DNA of 64,000 nt from Ylistrum balloti. Taxonomy: Eukaryota. Under the pieces are notes generated by a model, which saw only the letters and a program-made list of their open reading frames with translations, made no database searches and was not told the origin of the DNA. The number at the start of each line of letters is the position of its first letter. The stretch's first letter is position 1. Position numbers and translations under genes: made by a program. The stretch is taken from contig NW_026782182.1 in NCBI RefSeq assembly GCF_031769215.1, positions 310,001 to 374,000 on the forward strand, in the 5' to 3' direction. This document shows positions 1 through 13,573 of the stretch, in pieces.

Positions 1-745
1 ATTGGTTAAGTCGATGTCTGATTTATTGGTTAACTCGATGTCTGATATATTGATGTCCGATATATTGATTAAATTGATGTCTGATATATTGGTTAAGTCG
101 ATGTCTGATTTATTGGTTAACTCGATGTCTAATATATTGGTTAACTCGATGTCTGATCTGTTGGTTAACTCGATGTCTGATATATTGGTTAACTCGATGT
201 CTGATATATTGATTAAATCGATGTCTGATATATTGATTAAATTGATGTCTGATATATTGGTTAAGTCGATGTCTGATTTATTGGTTAACTCGATGTCTGA
301 TATATTGGTTAACTCGATGTCTGATATATTGATGTCTGATATATTGATTAAATCGATGTCTGATATATTGATTAAGTTGATGTCTGATATATTGGTTAAG
401 TCGATGTCTGATTTATTGGTTAACTCGATGTCTGATATATTGATTAACTCGATGTCTGATATATTGATGTCTGATATATTGATGTCTGATATATTGATTA
501 AATTGATGTCTGATACATTGATTAAATTGATGTCTGATATATTGGTTAAATCGATGTCTGATATATTGATGTCTGATATATTGATTAAATTGATGTCTGA
601 TACATTGATTAAATTGATGTCTGATATATTGGTTAAGTCGGTTAAGTCGATGACTGATATATTGGTTAGGTCGGTTAAGTCGATGTCTGATTTATTGGTT
701 AAGTCGATGTCTGATTTATTGGTTAACTCGATGTCTGATATATTG
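1..745. repeat. 24-bp minisatellite (ATATTGGTTAACTCGATGTCTGAT) with 15-bp deletion variants; runs off the left edge
   Basis: Tandem unit read directly; the 2..844 ORF (MSDILVNS/MSDIL repeats) is its translation. Confidence 0.95.
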
Positions 746-1013
746 CTTAAATATACGGCTCTATACTTATTATTTGTGTGCAGTGAAACAGTGGCTCTAA
801 TGTTTGAATTTTTATGCTTCCGTGGAAAACATATGACAAAATAGTATTCAATAAAGCTCAAAGTTGAGAACATAGATGCAAGAATATAGTAGTACGTGAA
901 CACAGGAATAAACAAATACAAGAATTCGTAAATTCCAGAAAACTTGTTTATGTCAAAAGTGAATGTTCATTTGCCAGTTAATATCAAATACCCATTGCTT
1001 TTTTGTTTTTGTT

Positions 1014-1017
1014 TATA

Positions 1018-1048
<31 letters not shown>

Positions 1049-1051
1049 TTT
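1014..1051. repeat. (TA)n microsatellite followed by a T run
   Basis: Seen directly. Confidence 0.9.
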
Positions 1052-1442
1052 ACTATTTTACCATATTTTTATTTGAAAAATGAACGTGCAAATGATCAAG
1101 TTTTGAAATGAATTTTTTTCTCTTCATGTCGATTTCGATATTGTGGGCCTCTGAAGACAATACCACCATGTATGTTATTTGATTGTTTTCTACTTGAAAT
1201 ATTTTTACTTGTTGGCATTACAGGCACGGTACGAAATCCTCGAGTTATTTTGACAGTATGTTCAGATTCCTAGAGTCAAAGCCCCTAGATATAATGAGAG
1301 CCACAGATAATGTTATCCTTTGCATTCAAGTCTTCAGTTTTAGAGGGAGTGAAATAAATACTCTCTCCTTGTGTCATACCATCACGTCTGTCAGTGTAAT
1401 CATCTTCTATCAATAAACAGTCATAATTATTGTCAGTAGCAA

Positions 1443-2700
1443 TGATGACCACCATTTACACCGTGTTGTATATGGTCCTTAGATGGTGACCATTTAAACC
1501 GTGTTGTATATGGCCCTTAGATGGTGACCATTTAAACCGTGTTGTATATGGCCCTTAGATGGTGACCATTTAAACCGTGTTGTATATGGTCCTTAGATGG
1601 TGACCATTTAAACCATGTTGTGTATGGTCCTTAGAGGGTGACCATTTAAACCGTGTTGTATATGGTCCTTAGATGGTGACCATTTAAACCATGTTGTATA
1701 TGGCCCTTAGATGGTTTCTATTTAAACCATGTTGTGTATGGTCCTTAGATGGTGACCATTTAAACCATGTTGTGTATGGCCCTTAGATGGTGACCATTTA
1801 AACCATGTTGTGTATGGCCCTTAGATGGTTTCTATTTAAACCATGTTGTGTATGGCCCTTAGATGGTGACCATTTAAACCATGTTGTGTATGGTCCTTAG
1901 ATGATGACCATTTAAACCATGTTGTGTATGGTCCTTAGATGGTTTCTATTTAAACCATGTTGTGTATGGCCCTTAGATGGTGACCATTTAAACCATGTTG
2001 TGTATGGCCCTTAGATGGTGACCATTTAAACCGTGTTGTATATGGCCCTTAGATGGTGACCATTTAAACCATGTTGTGTATGGTCCTTAGATGGTTTCTA
2101 TTTAAACCATGTTGTGTATGGCCCTTAGATGGTTTCTATTTAAACCATGTTGTGTAGATGGTGACCATTTAAACCATGTTGTGTATGGTCCTTAGAGGGT
2201 GACCATTTAAACCATGTTGTGTATGGTCCTTAGATGGTGACCATTTAAACCATGTTGTGTATGGCCCTTAGATGGTGACCATTTAAACCATGTTGTGTAT
2301 GGTCCTTAGATGGTGACCATTTAAACCATGTTGTGTATGGTCCTTAGATGGTGACCATTTAAACCGTGTTGTATATGGCCCTTAGATGGTGACCATTTAA
2401 ACCGTGTTGTATATGGCCCTTAGATGGTGACCATTTAAACCGTGTTGTATATGGTCCTTAGATGGTGACCATTTAAACCGTGTTGTATATGGCCCTTAGA
2501 TGGTGACCATTTAAACCGTGTTGTGTTTAAATGGTGACTATTTAAACCGTGTTGTATATGGCCCTTAGATGGTGACTATTTAAACCATGTTGTGTATGGT
2601 CCTTAGATGGTGACCATTTAAACCGTGTTGTATATGGCCCTTAGATGGTGACCATTTAAACCGTGTTGTGTATGGCCCTTAAATGGTGACTATTTAAACG
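1443..2700. repeat. 38-bp minisatellite (GGTGACCATTTAAACCATGTTGTGTATGGTCCTTAGAT), about 33 copies
   Basis: Period 38 measured between GGTGAC at 1485 and 1523. Confidence 0.95.
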
Positions 2701-4000
2701 ATGTTGTGTATGGTCCATTCATGTTGTATATGACCCAATCATGTTGTATATTATCCAATCATGTTGTATATGGACCAATCATGTTGTATATGAACCAATC
2801 ATGTTGTATATGGACCATTCAGATGGTGACCATTTAAACCATGTTGTATATGGCCCTTATATATGGTGACCATTTAAACCATGTTGTATATGGACCCTTA
2901 TGATATATGACCATTTAAACCATGTTGTATATTATCCAATCATGTTGTATATTATCCAATCATGTTATATATGGGCCAATCATGTTGTATATGGACCAGT
3001 CATTATAAATCATGTTGTATATGGCCCAATCATGTTGTATATGAACCAATCATGTTGTATATGGACCAGTCATGTTGTATATGACCCAATCATGTTATAT
3101 ATGGACCAATCATGTTGTATATGGACCAGTCATGTATATGACCCAATCATGTTGTATATGGACCAATCATGTTGTATATGAACCAATCATGTTGTATATG
3201 GACCATTCATGTTGTATATGACCCAATCATGTTGTATATTATCCAATCATGTTGTATATTATCCAATCATGTTATATATGGACCAATCATGTTGTATATG
3301 AACCAATCATGTTGTATATGGACCATTCATGTTGTATATGACCCAATCATGTTGTATATGACCCAATCATGTTGTATATTATCCAATCCTGTTGTATATT
3401 ATCCAATCATGTTGTATATGGACCATTCATGTTGTATATGACCCAATCATGTTGTATATTATCCAATCCTGTTGTATATTATCCAATCATGTTGTATATG
3501 GACCAATCATGTTGTATATGACCCAATCATGGTGTATATTATCCAATCATGTTGTATATGGACCAATCATTTTGTATATGGACCAATCATGTTGTATATT
3601 ATCCAATCATGTTGTATATGGACCAATCATGTTGTATATGGACCAGTCATGTATATGACCCAATCATGTTGTATATGGACCAATCGTGTTGTATATGGAC
3701 CATTCATGTTGTATATGGACCATTCATGTTGTATATTATCCAATCATGTTGTATATGACCCAATCATGTTGTATATGGACCAATCATGTTGTATATGGAC
3801 CATTCATGTTGTATATGGACCAATCATGTATATGACCCAATCATGTTGTATATGGACCAATCATGTTGTATATGGACCAATCATGTATATGACCCAATCA
3901 TGTTGTATATGGACCAATCATCTTGTATATGACCCAATCATGTTGTATATGACCCAATCATGTTGTATATGACCCAATCATGTTGTATATTATCCATTCA
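2701..4000. repeat. 20-bp minisatellite (CATGTTGTATATGGACCAAT), derived from the adjacent 38-mer
   Basis: ATGTTG at 2701, 2721, 2741; shares CATGTTGTATATGGnCC with the 38-mer. Confidence 0.95.
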
Positions 4001-4642
4001 CGGTGGTGAGTTTCGGTATTTATTTTGCAGGACGTAGTAATCTCCTAACAGAGATTCCAATTGATCGTGCCTGACCAAACGAATGATGTGGTTTACATGT
4101 CATTTCTATCCCTTCATTGATGTACGCGGACTAAAATCATAATATCCTTTTGTGTTATGTGTTCATAGTATCATGAATGCCTCAGTGTTGGTGAAAAAGG
4201 TATCATTTATATTGAAATGTTTACTGATAAATAACTCGTCGTCATAACACTAGGTAAATTTATATATATCGACTTGACGAAAATAGGCGTTCTAACTTAT
4301 CGATGTTCCATCAAACTGCTTTCACGTTAAATGCGATCGATATAAACACTTTCCCTGTCAGCAGGAACGTGATGTATCAGTAACGTTAGTGACAGAGATG
4401 TAGGCAAAAAGACAAATAATTCAATAAAACGTAAAACAAACGCTTTAGACATTAAACCAACACTGTGAATGATGGTAGGATGTCCGTCAGTGGATGTTTC
4501 AATTATTTAACCACGGCCCTTGAATAGTCTAAACACTCATCGACACGTACAGCCTACGCGGCCAAAGCGATATCATCGTGGACGCCACTGTTCCATTGCA
4601 CTTTGATTTTAGTAGTCCGACATTAGTGTGTGTAAATCTTTT

Positions 4643-6985
4643 ACCTCAGCTGTAGAGTGACCCCATCATTAGTAGACACCGTCGTCATGTGACCTCAGCT
4701 GTAGAGTGACCCCATCATCAGTAGACACCGTCGTCATGTGACCTCAGCTGTAGAGAGACCCCATCATCAGTAGACACCGTCGTCATGTAACCTCAGCTGT
4801 AGAGTGACCCCATCATCAGCAGACACCGTCGTCATGTGACCTCAGCTGTAGAGTGACCCCATCATCAGTAGACACCGTCGTCATGTGACCTCAGCTGTAG
4901 AGAGACCCCATCATCAGTAGACACCGTCGTCATGTGACCTCAGCTGTAGAATGACCCCATCATCAGTAGACACCGTCGTCATGTGACCTCAGCTGTAGAG
5001 TGACCCCATCATCAGTAGACACCGTCGTCATGTGACCTTAGCTGTTGAGAGACCCCATCATCAGTAGACACCGTCATCATGTGACCTCAGCTGTAGAGTG
5101 ACCCCATCATCAGTAGACACTGTCGTCATGTGACCTCAGCTGTAGAGAGACCCCATCATCAGTAGACACCGTCGTCATGTGACCTCAGCTGTAGAGTGAC
5201 CCCATCATCAGTAGACACTGTCGTCATGTGACCTCAGCTGTAGAGTGGCCCATCATTAGTAGACACCGTCGACATGTGACCTCAGCTGTAGAGATACCCC
5301 ATCATCAGTAGACACCGTCGTCATGTGACCTCAGCTGTAGAGCGACCCCATCATTAGTAGACACCGTCGTCATGTGACCTCAGCTGTAGAGTGACCCTAT
5401 CACCAGTAGACACCGTCGTCATGTGACCTCAGCTGTAGAGTGACCCCATCATCAGTAGACACCGTCGTCATGTGATCTCAGTTGTAGAGAGACCCCATCA
5501 TCAGTAGACACCGTCGTCATGTAACCTCAGCTGTAGAGAGACCCCATCATTAGTAGACACCATCGTCATGTGACCTCAGCTGTAGAGAGACCCCATCATC
5601 AGTAGACACCGTCGTCATGTGACCTCAGCTGTAGAGAGACCCCATCATCAGTAGACACCGTTGTCATGTGACCTCAGCTGTAGAGAGACCCCATTATCAG
5701 TAGACACCGTCGTCATGTGACATCAGCTGTAGAGAGACCCCATCATCAGTAGACACCGTCGTCATGTGACCTCAGCTGTAGAGTGACCCCATCATTAGTA
5801 GACACCGTCGTCATGTGACCTCAGCTGTAGAGTCACCCTATCATCAGTAGACACCGTCGTCATGTGACATCAGCTGTAGAGTGACCCTATCACCAGTAGA
5901 CACCGTCGTCATGTGACATCAGCTGTAGAGTGACCACATCATCAGTAGACACCGTCGTCATGTGACATCAGCTGTAGAGTGACCCTATCACCAGTAGACA
6001 CCGTCGTCATGTGACCTCAGCGGTATAGTGACTCCATCATTAGTAGACACCGTCGTCATGTGACCTCAGCTGTAGAGAGACCCCATCATCAGTAGACACC
6101 GTCGTCATGTGACATCAGCTGTAGAGTGACCCCATCATCAGTAGACACCGTCGTCATGTGATCTCAGTTGTAGAGAGACCCCATCATCAGTAGACACCGT
6201 CGTCATGTAACCTCAGCTGTAGAGAGACCCCATCATTAGTAGACACCATCGTCATGTGACCTCAGCTGTAGAGATACCCCATCATCAGTAGACACCGTCG
6301 TCATGTGACCTCAGCTGTAGAAAGACCCCATTATCAGTAGACACCGTCGTCATGTAACCTCAGCTGTAGAGTGACCCCATCATCAGTAGAACCCGTCGTC
6401 ATGTGACCTCAGCTGTAGAGTGACCCCATCATTAGTAGACACCGTCGTCATGTGACCTCAGCTGTACAGAGACCCCATCATTAGTAGACACCGTCGTCAT
6501 GTGACCTCAGCTGTAGAGAGACCCCATTATCAGTAGACACCGTCGTCATGTGACCTCAGCTGTAGAGTGACCCCATCATTAGTAGACACCGTCGTCATGT
6601 GACCTCAGCTGTAGAGTGACCCCATCATCAGTAGACACCGTCGTCATGTGACCTTAGCTGTAGAGTGACCCCATCATCAGTAGACACCGTCGTCATGTGA
6701 CCTTAGCTGTAGAGATACCCCATCATCAGTAGACACCGTCGTCATGTGACCTCAGCTGTAGAGTGACCCCATCATCAGTAGACACCGTCGTCATGTGACC
6801 TTAGCTGTAGAGAGACCCCATCATCAGTAGACACCGTCGTCATGTGACCTCAGCTGTAGAGTGACCCCATCATTAGTAGACACCGTCGTCATGTGACCTT
6901 AGCTGTAGAGATACCCCATCATCAGTAGACACCGTCGTCATGTGACCTTAGCTGTAGAGATACCCCATCATCAGTAGACACCGTC
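4643..6985. repeat. 49-bp minisatellite (GACCTCAGCTGTAGAGTGACCCCATCATCAGTAGACACCGTCGTCATGT), about 48 copies
   Basis: Period 49 (4691 to 4740); near-identical units. Confidence 0.97.
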
Positions 6986-7904
6986 AGCATATGTCTGTTG
7001 TTATATGTCTCACGTGTTCCCAATTTTCCATAACAACAGGATTAAACAAATTTATTTTTCTCTTTGTATTTATTGTCCTTATAACCCAAACATTTTTTTT
7101 ATATTCTATATTTTTATATTCAGTGACATGAGACACACACAGGATATAGATAACAGAAGAACATCATCTGTAAGTTATCAACTATACAGTTCCGTCCATT
7201 GATAATTTGACAAAATACTTGGTGGTTATTTTGTCGTAACAGATAAGGCCTAGGTGAGAACATTTAATTTTAATAAGAATGAAATTCATGCTAAAAATAC
7301 AAACGTATGTTTAAATCGATGTACAGGGCAAAACGCCAGCTATTGGAAAGAGATACAAAAGGCATTCTTTATTCTTGTTTAAGTTATTTATGATGCTTAC
7401 GCTCTGTCGAATATATGAAGTTGGTAGTCTTAAAGGTTCATTTACAGAATAGGTCACGCAAGGACTGACTTAGGTACACGTGAACCAAATCAGGCAAGGA
7501 GCTATTAACAGGTAGATGATGTAGTCCTACTTATTCAAGGCTCACAGACTTTTTAGAATAGACCAATAAATATTCAAGCACGCTGTTATTACCTTTACTA
7601 CGAGTTTGTCATTCCATATGAGTTGAAAAGACGTCCTTGGACAGCCATGAATAATCTATAGCAAAGGGAAAAGTACCTACATGGATACCTTACGACTAGT
7701 GAATGTCACTGAAAATAGAAACAGAGTTGTGATTTAAACAAGGTAACGGGATTATATTTCACTTTTGTTCTTATTATCAGGCAGATTCCAATAAGTCTGA
7801 CTATCGACCAACACAAACATAACTAATGACAAATTACAGGAATTAAATATTGAAAACTCTCTGGTATTTAAATTCTAATTGGAGTTGACTACTGCGCATA
7901 GTAT

Positions 7905-10900
7905 ACAGTACACTGACCACACAAACAGTACACTGACCACACAAACAGTACAAAAACTGACCACAGAAACAGTACACTGACCACAGAAACAGTACAAAGA
8001 CTGACCACACAAACAGTACAAAGACTGACCACACAAACAGTACACTGACCACAGAAACAGTACAAATACTGACCACAGTACAAAGACTGACCACACACAC
8101 AGTACATTGACCATAGAAACAGTACACTGACCACACAAACGGTACACTGACCACAGAGACAGTACAAAGACTGACCACATAAACAGAACACTGACCACAG
8201 AAACAGTACACTGACCACACAAACAGTAAACTGACCACACAAACAGTACAAAGACTGGCCACACAAACAGTACACTGACCACATAAACAGTACACTGACC
8301 ACACAAACAGTACAAAGACTGACCACACAAACAGTACAAAGACTGACCACACAAACAGTACACTGACCACACAAACAGTACAAAGACTGACCACACAAAC
8401 AGTAAACTGACCACAGAAACAGTACAAAGACTGGCCACACAAACAGTACACTGACCACATAAACAGTACAAAGACTGACCACACAAACAGTACAAAGACT
8501 GACCACACAAACAGTACACTGACCACACAAACAGTACAAAAACTGACCACACAAACAGTACAAAGACAGACCACACAAACATTACAAAGACTGACCACAC
8601 AAACAGTACAAAGACTGACCACACAAACAGTACACTGACCACACAAACAGTACACTGACCACACAAACAGTACAAAGACTGACCACACAAACAGTACAAA
8701 GACTGACCACACAAACAGTACAAAGACAGACCACACAAACATTACAAAGACTGACCACACAAACAGTACACTGACCACACAAACAGTACAAAGACTGACC
8801 ACACAAACAGTACACTGACCACACAAACAGTACAAAGACTGACCACACAAACAGTACACTGACCACACAAACAGTACAAAGACTGACCACACAAACAGTA
8901 CAAAGACAGACCACACAAACATTACAAAAACTGACCACACAAACAGTACAAAGACTGACCACACAAACAGTACACTGACCACAGAGACAGTACAAAGACT
9001 GACCACATAAACAGAACACTGACCACAGAAACAGTACACTGACCACATAAACAGTAAACTGACCACACAAACAGTACAAAGACTGGCCACACAAACATTA
9101 CAAAGACAGACCACACAAACATTACAAAGACTGACCACACAAACAGTACACTGACCACACAAACAGTACACTGACCACACAAACAGTACAAAGACTAACC
9201 ACACAAACAGTACACTGACCACACAAACAGTACACTGACCACACAAACAGTACAAAGACTAACCACACAAACAGTACACTGACCACACAAACAGTACAAA
9301 GACTGACCACACAAACAGTACACTGACCACACAAACAGTACAAAGACTGACCACACAAACAGTACAAAGACTGACCACACAAACAGTACACTGACCACAC
9401 AAACAGTACAAAGACTGACCACACAAACAGTACAAAGACAGACCACACAAACATTACAAAAACTGACCACACAAACAGTACAAAGACTGACCACACAAAC
9501 ATTACAAAAACTGACCACACAAACAGTACAAAGACTAACCACACAAACAGTACACTGACCACACAAACAGTACAAAGACTGACCACAGAGACAGTACACT
9601 GACCACACAAACATTACAAAGACTGACCACACAAACAGTACACTGACCACACAAACAGTACAAAGACTGACCACACAAACAGTACAAAGACAGACCACAC
9701 AAACATTACAAAAACTGACCACACAAACAGTACAAAGACAGACCACACAAACATTACAAAAACTGACCACACAAACAGTACAAAGACTGACCACACAAAC
9801 AGTACACTGACCACACAAACAGTACAAAGACTAACCACACAAACAGTACACTGACCACACAAACAGTACACTGACCACACAAACAGTACAAAGACTAACC
9901 ACACAAACAGTACACTGACCACACAAACAGTACAAAGACTGACCACCACACAAACAGTACACTGACCACACAAACAGTACAAAGACTGACCACACAAACA
10001 GTACACTGACCACACAAACAGTACAAAGACTGACCACACAAACAGTACAAAGACAGACCACACAAACATTACAAAAACTGACCACACAAACAGTACAAAG
10101 ACTGACCACACAAACAGTACACTGACCAGAGACAGTACAGACTGACCACAAAAAAGAACACTGACCACACAAACAGTACACTGACCACATAAACAGTAAA
10201 CTGACCACACAAACAGTACAAAGACTGGCCACACAAACATTACAAAGACAGACCACACAAACATTACAAAGACTGACCACACAAACAGTACACTGACCAC
10301 ACAAACAGTACACTGACCACACAAACAGTACACTGACCACACAAACAGTACAAAGACTAACCACACAAACAGTACACTGACCACACAAACAGTACACTGA
10401 CCACACAAACAGTACAAAGACTAACCACACAAACAGTACACTGACCACACAAACAGTACAAAGACTGACCACACAAACAGTACACTGACCACAGAGACAG
10501 TACACTGACCACACAAACAGTACACTGACCACACAAACAGTACAAAGACTGACCACACAAACAGTAAACTGACCACACAAACAGTACAAAGACTGGCCAC
10601 ACAAACAGTACACTGACCACATAAACAGTACAAAAACTGACCACACAAACAGTACAAAGACTGACCACACAAACAGTTCAAAGACAGACCACACAAACAT
10701 TACAAAGACTGACCACACAAACAGTACAAAGACTGACCACACAAACAGTACACTGACCACACAAACAGTACACTGACCACACAAACAGTACAAAGACTGA
10801 CCACACAAACATTACAAAAAATGACCACACAAACAGTACAAAGACTGATCACACAAACAGTACACTGACCACACATACAGTACACTGACCACACAAACAG

Positions 10901-11010
10901 TACACTGACCACACAAACAGTTTACTGACCACACAAACAGTTCACTGACCACACAAACAGAACAATGACCACACAAACAGTACAAAAACTGACCACACAA
11001 ACAGTACAAA
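7905..11010. repeat. Mixed 20/24-bp minisatellite (ACAGTACACTGACCACACAA / ACAGTACAAAGACTGACCACACAA)
   Basis: Two interleaved unit lengths differing by an AAAG insertion; source of the many Cys/Val minus-strand ORFs. Confidence 0.95.
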
Positions 11011-13573
11011 GGTACATAGATAGTGGGACATAGGGTTAACGAAAGGTACTTAGAGAGTGGGACATAGGGTTAACCAAATGTACTTAGAGAGTGGAACAAA
11101 GGGTTAACCAAATGCATTTAGAGAGTAGGACATAGGGTTAACCACAGGTACTTAGAGAGTGGGACATATGGTTAACCAAAGGTACTTAGAGAGTGGGACA
11201 TAGGGTTAACCAAACGTACATAGAGAGTGGAACGTAGGGTTAACCTAAGGTACTTAGAGATTGGGACATAGGGTTAACCAATATTTAGAGAGTAGGACAT
11301 AGGGTTAACCAAAGCTACTTAGAGAGTGGGACATAGGGTTAACCAAAGGTACTTAGAGAGTGGGACATAGGGTTAACCAATATTTAGAGAGTAGGACATA
11401 GGGTTAACCACAGGTACTTAGAGAGTGGGACATATGGTTAACCAAAGGTACTTAGAGAGTGGGACATAGGGTTAACCAAACGTACATAGAGAGTGGAACG
11501 TAGGGTTATCCTAAGGTACTTAGAGATTGGGACATAGGGTTAACCAATATTTAGAGAGTAGGACATAGGGTTAACCAAAGCTACTTAGAGAGTGGGACAT
11601 AGGGTTAACCAAAGGTACATAGAGGGTGGGACATAGGGTTAATCAAAGGTACTTAGCGAGTGGGACAAAGGGTTAACCAAAGCTACTTAGAGAGTGGGAC
11701 ATAGGGTTAACCAAAGGTACTTAGAGAGTGGGACATAGGGTTAGCCAAATGTGCTTAGAGAGTGGAACAAATTGTTAACCAAAGGCATTTAGAGAATAGG
11801 ACATAGGGACCAAAGGTACTTAGAGAGTGGGACATATGGTTAACCAAAGGTACATAGAGGGTGGGACATAGGGTTAATCAAAGGTACTTAGCGAGTGGGA
11901 CATATGGTTAACCACAGGTACATAGAGAGTGGTACATAGGATTAACCGAAGGTACTTAGAGGGAGGGATATAGGGTTAACCAAAGGTACTTAGACAGTGG
12001 GTCATATGGTTAACCAATAGTACTAAGAGGGTGGGATATAGGGTTAACCAAAGGTACTTAGACAGTGGGTCATATGGTTAACCAATAGTACTAAGAGGGT
12101 GGGACAAAGGGTTAACCAAAGGTACGAGAGGGTGGTACATAGGGTAAACCAAAGGTTCTTAGAGAATGGTACATAAGGTTAACCAAAGGTACTTAAGGAG
12201 TGGTACATAGGGTTAATCAAAGGTACTTAGAGAGTGGGACATAGGGTTAACCAAAGGTACGTAGAGAGTAGGACACAGGGTTAACCAAATGTACTTAGAC
12301 AGTGGGACATATGGTTAACCAAAAGTACATAGAGGGTGGGACATAGGGTTAATCAAAGGTACTTAGCGAGTGGGACAAAGGGTTAACCAAAGGTACGAGA
12401 GAGTGGAACATAGGGTTAATCAAAGGTACTTAGAGAGTAGGACACAGGGTTAACCAAATGTACTTAGAGAGTGGGACATAGGGTTAACCAAAGGTACATA
12501 GAGAGTGGGACAAAGGGTTAGCCAAATGAACTTAGACTGTGGGTCATATGGTTAACCAAAGGTACATAGAGAGTGGGACATAGGGTTAACCAATGGCATT
12601 TAGAGAGTAGGACATAAGGTTAACCAAAGGTACTTAGAGAGTGGGACATAGGGTTAACCAATGGCATTTAGAGAGTAGGACATAGGGTTAACCAAATGTA
12701 CGAGAGAGTGGGACATAGGGTTAACCAAAGGTACTTAGAGAGTGGGACAAAGGGGTAACCAAAGGTACGAGAGAGTGGAACATAGGGTTAACCAAAGGTA
12801 CATAGAGATTGGGACATAGGGTAACCAATGGCATTTAGAGAGTAGGACATAGGTTTAACCAAAGGTACGAGAGAGTGGGACATAGGGTTAACCAAATGTA
12901 CTTAGAGAGTGGGACAAAGGGTTAGCCAAATGAACTTAGACAGTGAGTCATATGGTTACCAAAGATACTAAGATAGTGGGACATAGGGTTAACCAAAGGT
13001 ACTTAGAGAGCGGGACAAAGGGTTAACCAAAGGTACTTAGAGAGTGGGACATAGGGTTAACCAAAATTTTCTTAGAGAGCGGGACAAAAGGTTAACCAAA
13101 GGTTCTTTGAGAGTAGGACACAGGGTTAACCAAATGTACGAGAGAGTAGGTCATAGGGTTAACCAAAGGTACATAGAGGGTGGGATATAGGATTAACCAA
13201 ACGTACTAAAAATAGAGACATAGGGTTAACTAAAGGTACTTAAGGTGGAGCCATAGGGTTAACCAAAGGTACTTAAAGGCTGGGACATAGGGTTAACCAA
13301 AGGTACTTAAAGGGTGGGACATAGGGTTAACCAAAGGTACTTAGAGGGTGGGATATAGGGTTAACTAAAGGTACTTAGAGAGTGGGACATATGGTTAACC
13401 AAAGGTACTTAAAGGGTGGGACATAGGGTTAACCAAATGTACTGAGAGGGTGGGACATAGGGTTTACCAAAGGTACTTAGAGAGTGGGACATAGGGTTAA
13501 CCAAAGGTACTTAAAGGGTGGGACATAGGGTTAACCAAATGTACTGAGAGAGTGGGACATAGGGTTAACCAAA
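11007..13573. repeat. 34-bp minisatellite (AGAGAGTGGGACATAGGGTTAACCAAAGGTACTT), about 75 copies
   Basis: Period 34 (11047 to 11081); internal palindrome GGTTAACC; multi-unit block duplication 11121-11340 vs about 11387-11610. Confidence 0.95.

Noticed and set aside
2-844. 280-aa ORF of MSDILVNS repeats
   Set aside because: It is the translation of a 24/15-bp minisatellite; variants are mostly non-synonymous and the non-repeat tail is unrecognisable
2900-3972. SCCIW/NHVVY repeat ORFs
   Set aside because: Overlapping frames of a 20-bp repeat
4643-6985. CRISPR-like regular repeats (also the 27-, 29-, 31-, 34- and 35-bp arrays)
   Set aside because: Units are head-to-tail with no unique spacers, there are no cas genes, and the context is eukaryotic and intron-containing
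7490-7560. VDDVVLL peptide resembling a LINE reverse-transcriptase YADD motif (also IYVDDLYV on the minus strand near 62340)
   Set aside because: No other RT motifs in frame and stops on both sides; compatible with chance
7843-11009. Many long Cys/Val-rich minus-strand ORFs resembling metallothionein or keratin-associated proteins
   Set aside because: All three frames are open because the 20/24-bp unit lacks stops on that strand; the frame shifts with each 20-mer, so no coherent protein results
11007-13573. Telomere-like TAGGGTT within the 34-mer
   Set aside because: One partial match per unit and no (TTAGGG)n run
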